Assembly: GCF_006345805.1 (NCBI RefSeq)
Contig: NC_043003.1
Location: forward strand, 101,680,001 to 101,744,000
Source of the DNA: Octopus sinensis
Taxonomy: Eukaryota
Direction: 5' to 3'
Length of the DNA: 64,000 nucleotides
The notes under the pieces are model-generated. The model saw only the letters and a list, made by a program, of their open reading frames with translations, did no database searches and had not been told where the DNA came from. Made by a program: the position numbers and the translations under genes. This document shows, in pieces, positions 39,098 through 50,635 of the stretch (its first letter is position 1; each line of letters starts with the position of its first letter).

Positions 39098-41366
39098 TTT
39101 TTCTTGTTTCAGCTCAGAGCTGCAGCCATGCTGATGCACCGCTGTTTTGTGCTACACTGTTATTACTAAGAGCCTCCTCTAATATGTGGCACTTGGTGAA
39201 GAATGGAGTTTGATATAGCTACCCTCATTTGCACCTCTTGCCGTGAGGTAGGTTCATCTGGGACTCTCGACAAGAAGATGTCCAGCTTTGATTTAAAAAC
39301 TGCTACATCTACTTTGTGCAAGTTCCTCAGACCCTTTGGGAGAATATTAAAAAGGTGTGGGCCCTTGAAACCCAGGCTGTTGCAGTAGCTGGTCCTGAAG
39401 TGTGATGGCATTGCTGGGATCTTTGGCACTATGCAGTGTCATCCCTTTCTAGCATTGGTGTAGCTTACAATGCCAAAATTTGGCACAATTCCTTCCAGGA
39501 TCTTCCAGATATATATTACTGCATACCTCTCCCGTCTTCTCTCCAGGGAGTAGAGTCTTAGCTGTTTCAACCTTTCCCAGTAGCTGAGCTGTTGCAAAGA
39601 GACGATCTTCTTTATGAATTTTCTCTGGATTGCTTCAAGGTCTGCTGTTAATTTCACACTGGTGAGTGACCATAGCTGTGAGCAGTAATCCAGGCAGCTG
39701 AGGACGAATGTCCGCCAGAGGACCATCATGGTTTCCTTATCTCTGGTTCTGAATGTTCTTAGGATCCATCCAGCCAGTCGTCTGCACTTTGTCGCCATCC
39801 TGGTAATGTGCACTTGGAAAGAGGTATCATCACTCATGTCGATACCCAGGTCCCTCACAGACTTAGGCTCTGGGATTGAAATTCCCTGTGGACCGGTGTA
39901 CCCTGTAAGTCTAATATTCAGTTTTGGATGCTGGTAGCACAGGGCCTGGAATTTTTCAGCATTAAACTGCATATTATTATCCTCAGCCCATCTGTAGATT
40001 GAGTCCAACTCCTGCTGCAGGTGTGCAACATCGCTGGGATTCTGTATTTTCTGCGAAACTTTTGTATCATCTGCATAGCTTGCCAGAGTGGCTATCCGGG
40101 CATTTGAGGGCATATCTGAGAGGGCCACTATAAAAAGCAGTGGTCCCAAGACAGTGCCCTGTGGAATACCGCTCACTATTTGTGTGTTCATAGAGGTGGC
40201 TCCATTTACCACTACTGCCTGACTCCTATCTTTCAGGAAGTCATGTAACCACACTCCAAGTTTTCCAGCTATGCTGAGGTCACGCAGTTTGTGACATATC
40301 ATACCATGATCCACCTTGTCAAAAGCCTTTGCAAAATCAAGGTAGATTACGTCCACATTTGATTTGTTGAGTAACTGCCTAATGTCATAATGTTGTAAGA
40401 GGTGAGTCAGGCAGCTCCTACCTGGTCGAAAATCATGCTGGGTATTACTCAGCAAGTTATTTTCTTCAAGGAATGCGATTAGTTTCTTTCTGACTATCTG
40501 TTCCATAACTTTGCTGATGTGTGAAGTCAGAGAGATAGGCCTATAGTTTTTGGCATCTGCTCTACTTCCCCCTTTATGTATTGGGCATATTATTCCCTCC
40601 TTCAGCTTGCTTGGCAGTTTGCCATTTGTAAGAAAGCTCTGGAAGAGAATCTTGAGGGGTTTTGCCAGGGCATGCTTACACGCTTTGAGGGGGATAGCTG
40701 GGAAACCATCAGGACCAGTAGTTGAGTTTGTGTCCACTTCATCTATGGCTAGTAGGACATCTTCTTCGCTAATGTCAATATATTCTATTGTAACTGCCTC
40801 GCTGGTTATAGGTGAGGCGGCAAAGAAGTCCACTGGTTTGTGTTCCAATGGGGTGGTAAAGACACTTTTAAACTGGTCATTCAGTATCTCACTGATCTTA
40901 GTTGGACTGTCTGTGAGGGAGCCATCGTTTTGGAGGAGGGGTCCTATCTTGTAGTGCACTGAGACTGTTTCTTTCGCATAATGAAAGAAGGCCTTTGGGT
41001 TTGATTTAATGTTTTTTATAACCCAGGCTTCTTTGTCTGCTTTCTCCTTCACATAGGATTGTTGCAGCCTTTTTTCGATCTCCATCAGTGTTGTTTTTAG
41101 GCGGGATGTTTCGCTACTTTTGGGATGTTGGTTGAGACGATTTGCAACCTTCGTCCATTGTCTCATGAGGATCTTCCTGTCTCTTGGAATCTTGCTTCTA
41201 TTTGTTTTGGCCTTGTGCTCTGGGACATATTTCTGGCATACGGCTTGCACAGAAGACATGAAACATTCTAGTTTCATGTCAATGTCTGGTGTGGAGAGAC
41301 ATTCCGGCCAGTCCTCTCTGAGGATCCCTTTTTGGATCGGTTTCCAATCTGCTTTGTGGAAGTTCA
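39098..41366 (-). mobile_element. 5'-truncated CR1-group LINE with near-intact RT frame
   Basis: NYRPISLTS, YLDFAKAFDKVDH, GIPQGTVLGPLLF, YADD, LERRRER. The frame runs to 39166 with one TGA at 39439-39441. 3' end gcggtgcatcagcatggctgcagctctgagctgaaacaag + A-rich tail. Confidence 0.92.
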
Positions 41367-41708
41367 GACATCCATTTAGATAAACAACATTCTGTGCATA
41401 ATGAATATGTCCCTCCTTTAACCCTTTCGTTACTATATTTCTGACCAAAATACACCCCTCATGAGTTTCAATTAAATTCTAAAATAATCATGAATCTAGG
41501 CTTGTTTCATTAAATAACTGTAACTTTTTTACTTATCAACATATTAATGTGATATTTGGAACATAATTAAAGAAAGGGTTCTTAATCAATTCTATTGCAT
41601 AACTTTTGTCTCAAAGTGACTTTAATTACAGGTAAATCCAGGTAAATTGAGCAAAAGTTAAAAATATTAAAATTTTAAATTGAGCAAAAGGTAAAAATAT
41701 TAAAATTT
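41367..41708 (-). repeat. 342-bp inverted copy of 52045-52386 (piggyBac right end plus host foldback flank)
   Basis: Reverse-complement match with about 3 mismatches by eye; includes the TTAA junction. Confidence 0.9.
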
Positions 41709-43149
41709 ATTTACGCAATAATTATGGTAATATTGATAATGATAGGCATAACTATGACAATGTTAAGGATAGTAAACATATGGGATGGAGGAGGAACAAG
41801 GTTATTACTAAAAATAACAATTTGATAGGCAACCCTAATACTGATAAGGATACATTATGGCTGATAATCCCATATGCATTGCAGATTAAAACAGACATAG
41901 TTAGAGCTTTGCACAATGTAATATTTAGGCACTTTGTTAAGGGTAGGAATAAATTTGGTCAATTAATTAACTATGGAACTGTTAGAATAGGATATAGCAT
42001 TACACATAATTTAGCCACCATCATCTCCTCATTTAATAACAGGAAACTGGATTGCTTCTATAATGATAGAAAGTTGAATTTAGATAATAGTAATTTGCCT
42101 CTCTATAATCGTAGGAACAATATTTCTTTTGGAGCTAACGCGAACAACCCTCTTGCAAATTATGATGGTACAGTACCTGTAAGGAAAAATATTAATGTAT
42201 TAGATGATACCAATACCACCAATACTATTACTATTGATAGGAATATCGCCAATAATAATAAATGCAATCACTCGTTGAATTTGGGATTGGATAGTAAAAA
42301 TAATTGTAACACTATTAATGGGAATAGTGTTACAGAAATTTTGGCCAATGTTAGATTACCCCAACCTGTTGATAACTGTAATTTCAGAAACAGAAATCAA
42401 TGTGTGTTTGGTAATCAATGCCTCAAGAAAGAGGTAGTTTATCAATGCACTGTGGATACACAATTTAGCAGTAGGGTATACATAGCATGAAACAGAGATT
42501 TAATTATCATAGATATACTTTTAGAAATAAAAACAGGATGTACTCTACGAGGTTAAGTGCGTATATTTGGGAACTCAAAAGTAAGAACATAGATTTTAAA
42601 TTAAATTGGAAAATACTAACTTCTGCACCTGTATATAATAGTAAAAATAAAAAAATGCTCTCTATGTATTAATGAAATTTTTTTCATTATCAAAGCTGGT
42701 AGGCCTATTATTAATAATATTAATGAGCGGAATTTTTTTTGCATTCATAAACTACCATACACTTTCTCTAGATTTAAATAGAACTTAGCTTTTCTACTAG
42801 TAATATTTTAACTTTCCTCTATATCTGATTGTAATAGTAGTCTTTACAATTTGAAACATGCAACTTATAAATTTATAATCTTGTAGCTACACATATATAT
42901 AAATATATATGTTCTGTATTGATTGTTTTTTGTTTTTTGTCCTGGCTTATAAGGGAAATACACTGGAACATGAATATATATATTTTGGTATATACACAGA
43001 AATATGATATTCATGGGGATTTCCAAAATTGTTGAGTGTGTATGAGTATCATAGTTAGGGAACCTGGTTTTAGATACTGTAATACTAATATGTAATAAAT
43101 GAGAGTCTATATTGAATGTACATTGTTTGTTTTGGATGAGTATATGGGT

Positions 43150-43590
43150 TTTTGCAGGTATTTATTTGGCAGTCTTATATATTGTATATTTAGTGTATCT
43201 TTGTACTCATCTTAATTTGTATCTTATGTTATTTATTAATAAATCTATTCATTTACTTATATTTGGCTTTATACATATTAGCAGTCTTATGTATTTAGTC
43301 TATATTTGTACTCATCTTGATTTGTACTTTATGTTATTTATCTATTTATTTATTAATTTATCTATATGTAAATATTTACATAATAGTAGCCTGTATACTA
43401 AGTTTATCTATGTACTCATTTCAATGTATTTTTTTTTATTTTATGTTATTTATCTATCCATTTATGTATATGTGGATATATACATATTAGCAGTATTATA
43501 TATTAGGTTTACCTTTGTATTTATCTTAATTTGTATTCTATGGTATTTATCTATTTATTTATTCATTTATTTATTTATATGTAGATATAT
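43150..43590. repeat. AT-rich degenerate minisatellite (~100-110-bp period, 4 units)
   Basis: Recurring gcagtcttat..tgtactcatctt.atttgta..ttatgttattta. Confidence 0.65.
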
Positions 43591-43877
43591 ACACACATAT
43601 CCATTATTTATTATAATATATATATATGTATACATGCTTTTACTTATATTTTCATTTTAATTTTAATTATTTCATCTTATTTTATTTTATTACATTTTAA
43701 TTTTAAGTAATTGCAATTATTAACTTATAATTAATTTAATTCATTGTTATTTACTTATATACTATTTATTGGTAAGTCCTGTTAATTACTTTATAGGTAT
43801 TTATATGTCCACTGATACTATTTAATGCTAAATCCTGTTAATTATTATATATGTATTTATGTGTCCACTGATACTTA

Positions 43878-43919
<42 letters not shown>

Positions 43920-45164
43920 TACTACGAATGTTTACACGCACATCATATGTGAAAATATATGGTGTGTATGTGTATGTCTGTTGTTACACATGAGTATACA
44001 TATGGACATGTAGATGTGAGTGTAATTCTATTAGTTCGTTGGTGAGGGTTTTAATAGGAAAATATTAGTATTGTAATAATACTAGACTTCTCACGTAGGG
44101 AGGTTATCTGTATAAGCTATAAGGAGGTATTTTGATTATATATCTTAGAATATTAGCGTATTTTGACTTTTTACAATTAATTTCTTATAATTTAATTATT
44201 ATAAACCTCTGTTAACTTAGTATATATATATTTTTATGTCTTTTGATAGACAAACATAAACGGGTATTCTATACTTTATAATTTAGCGAATGTTTGAATA
44301 AAACATAGCAGTAAAGTTGCGGACAGTTTTAGTTCTAAAATATTATGTTTATGAAAAGTACGGTGTCACATGAATTATGTACCTTATGACAAATTACACT
44401 TTCTATCTGGATATAATTATATGTATGTTTGCATTTACGGATTTATGGACATATGTGAGTGGATCTGTTTATAAATACTTAGTTAATACCACGGCCATGG
44501 TCCCGTCTGGGGCGGGTGGATGTCTGCATGCATGTATGTGCAATCGGTTGAGTTCCTCTGTTTTGCATGTGTATAGTTGCGATAGTACCCCTTATATTAT
44601 TTATTTATTTATTTATGATTTGGTTGTGTATGTGGGTGTGTATGTGTGTGGGTGTGTGTGTATACATATAACTATGTATGTATGTGCGCACGATTTGTGG
44701 ATGTGCGTGCGCGTGTGTATGTTTCCTAGCTAACTAACCGTAAAATTTCCATTGTAATTCAAATTTAAAACTATAGGCCAATCGAATCCATCTATGAAAA
44801 TCAATACCATGCGGGCAGAGAAGTTCGACTGATTGCGTATATATGTGGATGTCCGCTGGCATTAGATGGTACAGTCGTGGAGTTATTAATATTAATTTTA
44901 TTGACTTTTTGTGTAATGACACATTTTAATGTATTGGACTGTTCAATATATATGCCTGCTTTGAGTGTGAGTGTACATGTTGTGGTTCCTTGATGTTGGT
45001 TATGGAACTGTGGAGTTCAATATGGAACATTATTGTGTTTGTTGATGTATATTGATCTATATTGTTTATATTGTATTATTGTGTATTATATATGTAAGAA
45101 TATGAGTGTGTATGCACACATATTTATATTTATATGTAAATTTTTTTCATACTTGCATTAAATT

Positions 45165-45273
45165 CTCTGAAGAGGCCGTGAGATATTCTTGTTAATGTCT
45201 CATTTATACCTGCTTTATATGGCTAATAGGTTAAATGGGACATACCTGTCTTCACGGCCGAAACAGCTGTCAG
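45165..45273 (+). ncRNA. Type I hammerhead ribozyme with very long stem II; stem I weak
   Basis: CUGAAGA (45167-45173), GGCCGUGA / UCACGGCC stem II, GAAAC AGCU GUC (45260-45271); internal hairpin AUGUCUCAUUUA/UAAAUGGGACAU; stem I only ~2 bp. Confidence 0.78.
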
Positions 45274-45777
45274 CTACAATGTAAATGTATTTCTATTTCT
45301 ATTTTTATGTCTTGTTATATTTGTACTATATTAATGTATAATATCATTGCTATTGTGTAATGGTTTAATAAAGTATTGATTGGGTATTATCAGATGGTTG
45401 ATGATTGATTTAGATATATTTACCTTTGCCCACATAATACAGTAGATGAATTAATTGCATCGCAATTTTTAACATTTATGTATTAGCTTTGTTGGGTACC
45501 TCTCTAGCAGTATATTGGATATATGTTATCCCATGGAGGGTTGAATTTACAACCCCTATCTCATTTTATAAGATATATATATATATATATATATATAAAT
45601 ATATATATATATTATATATATCTCATATATATATGATACAGATACATTATATATACATGTTATATAAATATCATATAAATATATATGATATATATATATA
45701 TATATATAATATATGTGACACATATATGATATATATATATATATATTATGTATATACCATATATATATATATGATAG

Positions 45778-46622
45778 TACCTTGTGAGAAAAGTTGGACC
45801 TAAGAAGCATTAGATGTGGTGTGCAAGAGAGACGACTGCGTTGGTATGGTCATGTGGCAAGAACGGATGAGGATAGCTGCGTGAAAAAGTGCCACAATCT
45901 AGTGGTGGAGGGAACCTGTGGAAGAGGTAGACCCAGGAAGACCTGGGATGAAGTGGTGAAGGACGACCTTTGAACATAAGGCCTCAGCAAGGAAATGACT
46001 AGTGACTGAGATGTTTGGAAATATGCTGTGCTTGAGAAGACCCGGCAAGCCAAATGAGACCATAACCTTGTGGCCTATGCAAGGAGCATAACCAGCCAGC
46101 TTATGCGTACCTTTTCCTTCTTTGGGCACTAAACTCTACTTGCGAAGACCTGTTGAGGCAAGTGAAATTAAAATCAAAATGAAAATCAATTCGATGACTG
46201 GCATCCGTGCTAGTGGGGTGCAAAGAGCACCATACGAGTGTGATCGTTGACAGAGCGGCTATTTGAGCATGATCGTTACCAGCATCACCTTACTGGCACT
46301 TATGCCTGTGCTAGTAGGGTGCCAAGAGCACCATCCGAGCGTGATCGATGCCAGAGCAACTAACTGGCTTCCGTACCCATGGCACATAAAATGGCACCAT
46401 TCGAACGTGATCATTACCAACGTCGCTTCACTGGCACATGTAAAAGGATTCGAGCGAGGTCATTGCTAGTACCGCCTGAGTGGCCCCCGTGCTGGTGGCA
46501 CGTAAAAAGCACTCACTACACTCTCGGAGTGGTTGGCGTTAGGAAAGGCATCCAGCTGTAGAAACTCTGCCAGATCAAGATTGGAGCCTGGTGCAGCCAT
46601 CTGGCTCACCAGCCCTCAGTCA
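45778..46622 (+). mobile_element. RTE LINE 3' fragment (ORF C-terminus and 3' UTR tandem repeats)
   Basis: EKLDLRSIRCGVQERRLRWYGHVARTDEDSCVKKC..RGRPRKTWDEVVKDDL. Confidence 0.85.
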
Positions 46623-47290
46623 AAAATGTTCTTTGCCTGTGAGGAACCTAGCGGAACCTCCTCTCCACCTTACTTCTTGAAGGCAGCACAAATCAACACA
46701 TCTCTGTTTAAGCATCTCAACAATCTCACCAGGACTATCTTTCAGTGTGCCAACGTTGAGTGTCAACCCTGAGGGTGTGAGAGGTGTGGGCCCGTGAGAC
46801 CCTGGGACAGGGGACAGCAGCGTCATGTACCTGAAAAGAAAGCTTGCATTTGGCAGAATTCATAAACAAACAATAGCCTTCAATTCAGCCTGCATACACT
46901 ACACCATCATATTTATGCACTATGTGATCACTACCTTACATAGGAGATAAACCCTAAGTAGGGGTGGGGATGGTGTAAAACCTTTAGAAGTGTTCATGGG
47001 AGACAACGAAAGGATGACAGGATAGGAACTTCCGGTACAGGTGGAGGGGGTGGGAGGGCGAGCATACCACGAAGTAGCAAATTTAGACGAGAGTATCTTC
47101 TGGATATGTATTCTTTTGGCAGAGGTATTAAGAAATCGAGTAGGGGAATCAGAGTGCTTGCGCTAGTTTATATAAGATAGGGGTCGAAGAAATCTTGGCA
47201 AAGCAAGTGGTAATCGAAAGAGAGAGAGAGACAGACAGACAGAGTGAGGCACACAGAGAGAAAGGGGGCGCCAGAGTTAGTGTAGTCAAA
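46620..47290 (-). mobile_element. RTE LINE 5' fragment (putative 5' UTR and endonuclease N-terminus)
   Basis: TLNVGTL..EIVEMLKQRCVDLCCLQEVRWRG is an APE endonuclease N-terminal motif; 5' boundary approximate. Confidence 0.75.
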
Positions 47291-47924
47291 ACACAAGGGA
47301 GAAAAGTATTCTTTTGGGATTTGGGTAGCATAATTTAATGAAACAGCAAATGTTGATAATAGTAAAATAGAATTGAAAAATCTTAGAGTTTTCAGTCAGC
47401 CAATTTATGACAAAATTAGATGTATACACATATACTATATATATATTATATACATATATATATATACATACATACATACACTCACACATATATATATAAC
47501 ACATACACACACATATATATATTTTGTGTATGCGTGTTTGTGTCTCCTTGCCCTGATTGTTGTGGTGTCATCCAAATTTGGTTTCTGTGGAAACATGTCT
47601 GGCTATGGGCATATAGTATCTTGCTTGGAAACAGGTGAGGGCTGGTGTCAGGTTGCATCCAGTCAGAGAAAATCTGCCCACATGAGCTCTATCTCACCCA
47701 TGGAAACATGGGAAAATTGACATTTAAATGGTGATGGCCCTATTGTGTGTTACACAATGTAATTGTTTGAATGAGGTATAGAGGTATAACCGATTATATG
47801 AGACCCCAGTATTTGACTGGGAGTTAAGTTCACTAAATCTCAAAAGATGCAAGTGAAGCGTGGAAAGACTTGAATTTAGAGCAAATGATGCAAGTGCATA
47901 TTATAAAACTGTTGAAAGACTTAC

Positions 47925-48096
47925 GTTAGCCATCGGTCAATACAGGACTTGCAAAATCGATGCCCACATTCTGTCTGCATGGGTTCACAGAGGATAAGAA
48001 GGCAGATAGGACATTCATATTTTGGGTCAGGTGTAGGCTCAAATTCATAGTCATAGCCGTCTTTTCCCATTGTAGACAAGTTTGTTGTTTCATCAC
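47925..48096 (-). CDS. TRAF6: TRAF6 first identified coding exon (RING N-terminal part); in-frame ATG at 48070, or an upstream phase-1 coding exon not located
   Basis: cctgctatag|GTGAT...CTA AC|gtaagt; encodes [48 protein letters not shown]. Spliced CDS from 48070 totals 1677 nt (558 aa). Confidence 0.93.
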
Positions 48097-48809
48097 CTAT
48101 AGCAGGTAAGAATACAGAAGAAAAAAATTTAATCAAAAGAAAAACAAGAAAAAAAAAACAAGAAGCAGAAATCAAAACAATGGCTGTGAAATGTAGATGT
48201 TAGACTACTGACAACGAGGTAATGAGTTCAAACTTGGTTTAAAGCAACCATGTGTCATACATGGTACATTACTCTATTTCCATTTACCTGGTTCATCTGA
48301 ACAGATAAGCTGTGTAACAGCCAATATGGCTACTTATTCCTCCCCACATTATCCCTTACTTTCTCCTCCTCAATCCTTGTTCTTTTGAATAGCAACACTA
48401 TGGAACTCCTACCACACCAAGATTTTTCCTTATAGGCATCAACCAGAGAGAGAGAGAGTCCCAATGTGGTCACTTGACCTGCTAGCAATAGCAGCCAAAC
48501 TTTTCTTAAATGAAACCCTTCTGTCTTTAAAAAAAGTAAAATAAAAAGAAGAAAGCAGGCATTGCATGGTGTGTCCTAGGTACACAACGTGTGGAATACC
48601 TTTCAATCATATCTCTACTTGATCAGGGCTGACCTACAGCAATCTAAGATTTTCAAATTCAAGATTTAACAAAAAAGTTTTTTTAATATATCCACAAAGA
48701 TAATCAGCAAAAGATTCATACAGAAATACTTACTGGATAAATACACCAATCATTTGATGGTTTCTTAGAAATTCTGTACCAAACTGATGAAGTTGGCAAA
48801 ATTTCCGCA

Positions 48810-49199
48810 ATCATCATCATCATCGTTTAACGTCTGCTTTCCATGCTAGCACGGGTTGGACGGTTCGACTGGGGTCTGGGAAGCCAGGAGGCTGCACTAG
48901 GCCCAGTCTGATCTGGCACTGTTTCTACAGTTGGATGCCCTTCCTAAAGCCAACCACTCCATGAGTGTAGTGGGTGCTTTTCACGTGCCAGGCAAGGCTT
49001 GCAACGACCATGATCGGTTGGGGTTTTTTACGTGCCACTGGCATGGAGGCCAGTTGAGGCGGCACTGGCATCGGCCACGTACGGATGGTGCTTTTAACAT
49101 GCCACCAGCACAGGTGCCAGGAGAGGCTGGCAACAGCCACGATCAGTTGGTGCTTTTTACATGTCACTGGCACGGAGGCCAGTTGAGGCAGCACTGGCA
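48810..49199 (-). mobile_element. RTE 3' UTR fragment with ~60-bp repeats
   Basis: (cat)n cgtttaacgtctgctttccatgctagc..; diverged version of the 13152 repeat. Confidence 0.7.
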
Positions 49200-49330
49200 A
49201 TGGATGTCAAAAGTCTTTTCACCAACATCTCAGTGACAGAAACTATAAACATAATAATCTTGGATAATGTCTACAGACATCTTACACTAAACCCACTAGT
49301 AACTCTATGGAATATATACAAAAGTTTCTA
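49200..49330 (+). mobile_element. Penelope-type RT micro-fragment
   Basis: MDVKSLFTNISVTETINII matches the PLE RT motif DVxSLFTNIP. Confidence 0.55.
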
Positions 49331-49439
49331 TTCACCTGCACAACTAAAGTTCCCTTCTGTTCACAAGGTAATCTTGTATGTGTTAATTCCAACCCTTCTT
49401 ATTCATAACTACATTGTTTTGTTCAAGGTAAACTGACAT

Positions 49440-50562
49440 CCAACTATTCAAAGAAGACTTCAAAAGTAACTAGTAGCAACTTCTCTTGAAAACTTACAAA
49501 ATTTGGCATTGTGGTGTTCTCGAATATCTGCAAAAAAAGGGTTTAGCCCCCCAACAACATTCATACTGACATGGTTGCTACATTAAGGGATAATGCTCCA
49601 GCTTTATTAACAGTGCTAAAGTGGGCAGCTGAATTTAGGGAGAGTCTTGAAGAAGATCCAAGATCTGGATGTTCTGTAACTGCCACCCCTGTGGAAAACA
49701 TTGATCATGTTCATCATGTGGTGATGGTTGAGAGGCAACTGACTATAAATCAAATAGCCAATGCTATTAGCATTGAGAATATTTGTTGAGAATATTCTGC
49801 ACAATGGACTTGGCATAACAAACGTTTCTACTCAGTGGATGCCATGTCTTCTGACACCTGATCAAAAGCACATCAGGTTAATTACAATTAAATCATGGCA
49901 AAATCTAACATTGTTTGAAGCAGATACAGCTAGCCTCCTCGAACATTTCCTAACCCAGGGTGAGTGTTGTCTTCATCGCTTTGAGCCAGAGACAATCCAT
50001 GCAGTGGAAACATCCCTCCTCATCTGTTCCAAAGAAGGTCAAGGTCATTTCATTTGTAGGAAATATGATGACCTCAGTTTTGGGGGATGCAAAAGTCATT
50101 GTGTTTATTGACCAGCTTCAAAAGGGCTACATCATCAATGGCGAGTACTACATCAACTTGGTGAGTTAGTTATGAAAGGCTATCAAGACCAAATGCCCAG
50201 GAAAATTGACAAAAGGGGTCCTGTTTCATTAGGACAATACTTCAATATACAAGTCCTTGGTATCAATGGCTGCTGTGCATAACTGTGGCTTTGAACTGGT
50301 TGATCTTGGCCCCATTTGACTACCATCTGTTCCCCAACATGAAATAACATTTAGCTGGGAACCAATATTGCAATGACGATGATGATATATCTGCTGTTCG
50401 TGACTTTTGATAACCAACAGGATGAAAACTTCTTCATGAATGGGGATCCAAGCACTTCAACATCAATGGAAGAAGTGTGTGGACTGCATAGGGGACTATG
50501 TTAAAAAACAAACCTTATTTGGTCACATTCCTTAAGAGTACTGTCATCTGCTCACCCTTGTA
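49440..50562 (+). mobile_element. Old decayed mariner element
   Basis: Fragments DNAPALLTVLKWAAEF..EDPRSG, VSTQWMPCLLTPDQK, QSMQWKHPSS..GYIINGEYY; right end ctcacccttg|ta. Left end unclear. Confidence 0.8.
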
Positions 50563-50635
50563 TGTATAATTCAACATAACTCTAGTATAAATTCCATAAC
50601 ACAACCCCATTTTCAGATATAAGAATAGAAAAAAG

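Larger units (their letters stand above)
41710..45570 (+). mobile_element. 5'-truncated Naiad-type Penelope-like element: GIY-YIG region plus long AT-rich 3' region with a hammerhead
   Basis: LWLIIPY..TVRIGYSITHNLATIISSFN; CNFRNRNQC..QCLKKEVVYQCTV..VYI; KQRFNYHRYTF..STRLSAYIWELK..WKIL; CSLCINE..CIHK after frameshifts; ends at (TA)n ~45572. Continuity of the 3' region is inferred. Confidence 0.8.

Noticed and set aside
41367-41448. N-terminus of the 669-aa ORF
   Set aside because: Chance read-through from the piggyBac/foldback fragment; LINE homology starts at ~41366 (LNFHKADW).
42488-42490. TGA in the Naiad GIY-YIG region as possible selenocysteine
   Set aside because: It is not at a Cys position and homology continues in another frame, so it is a deletion/frameshift.
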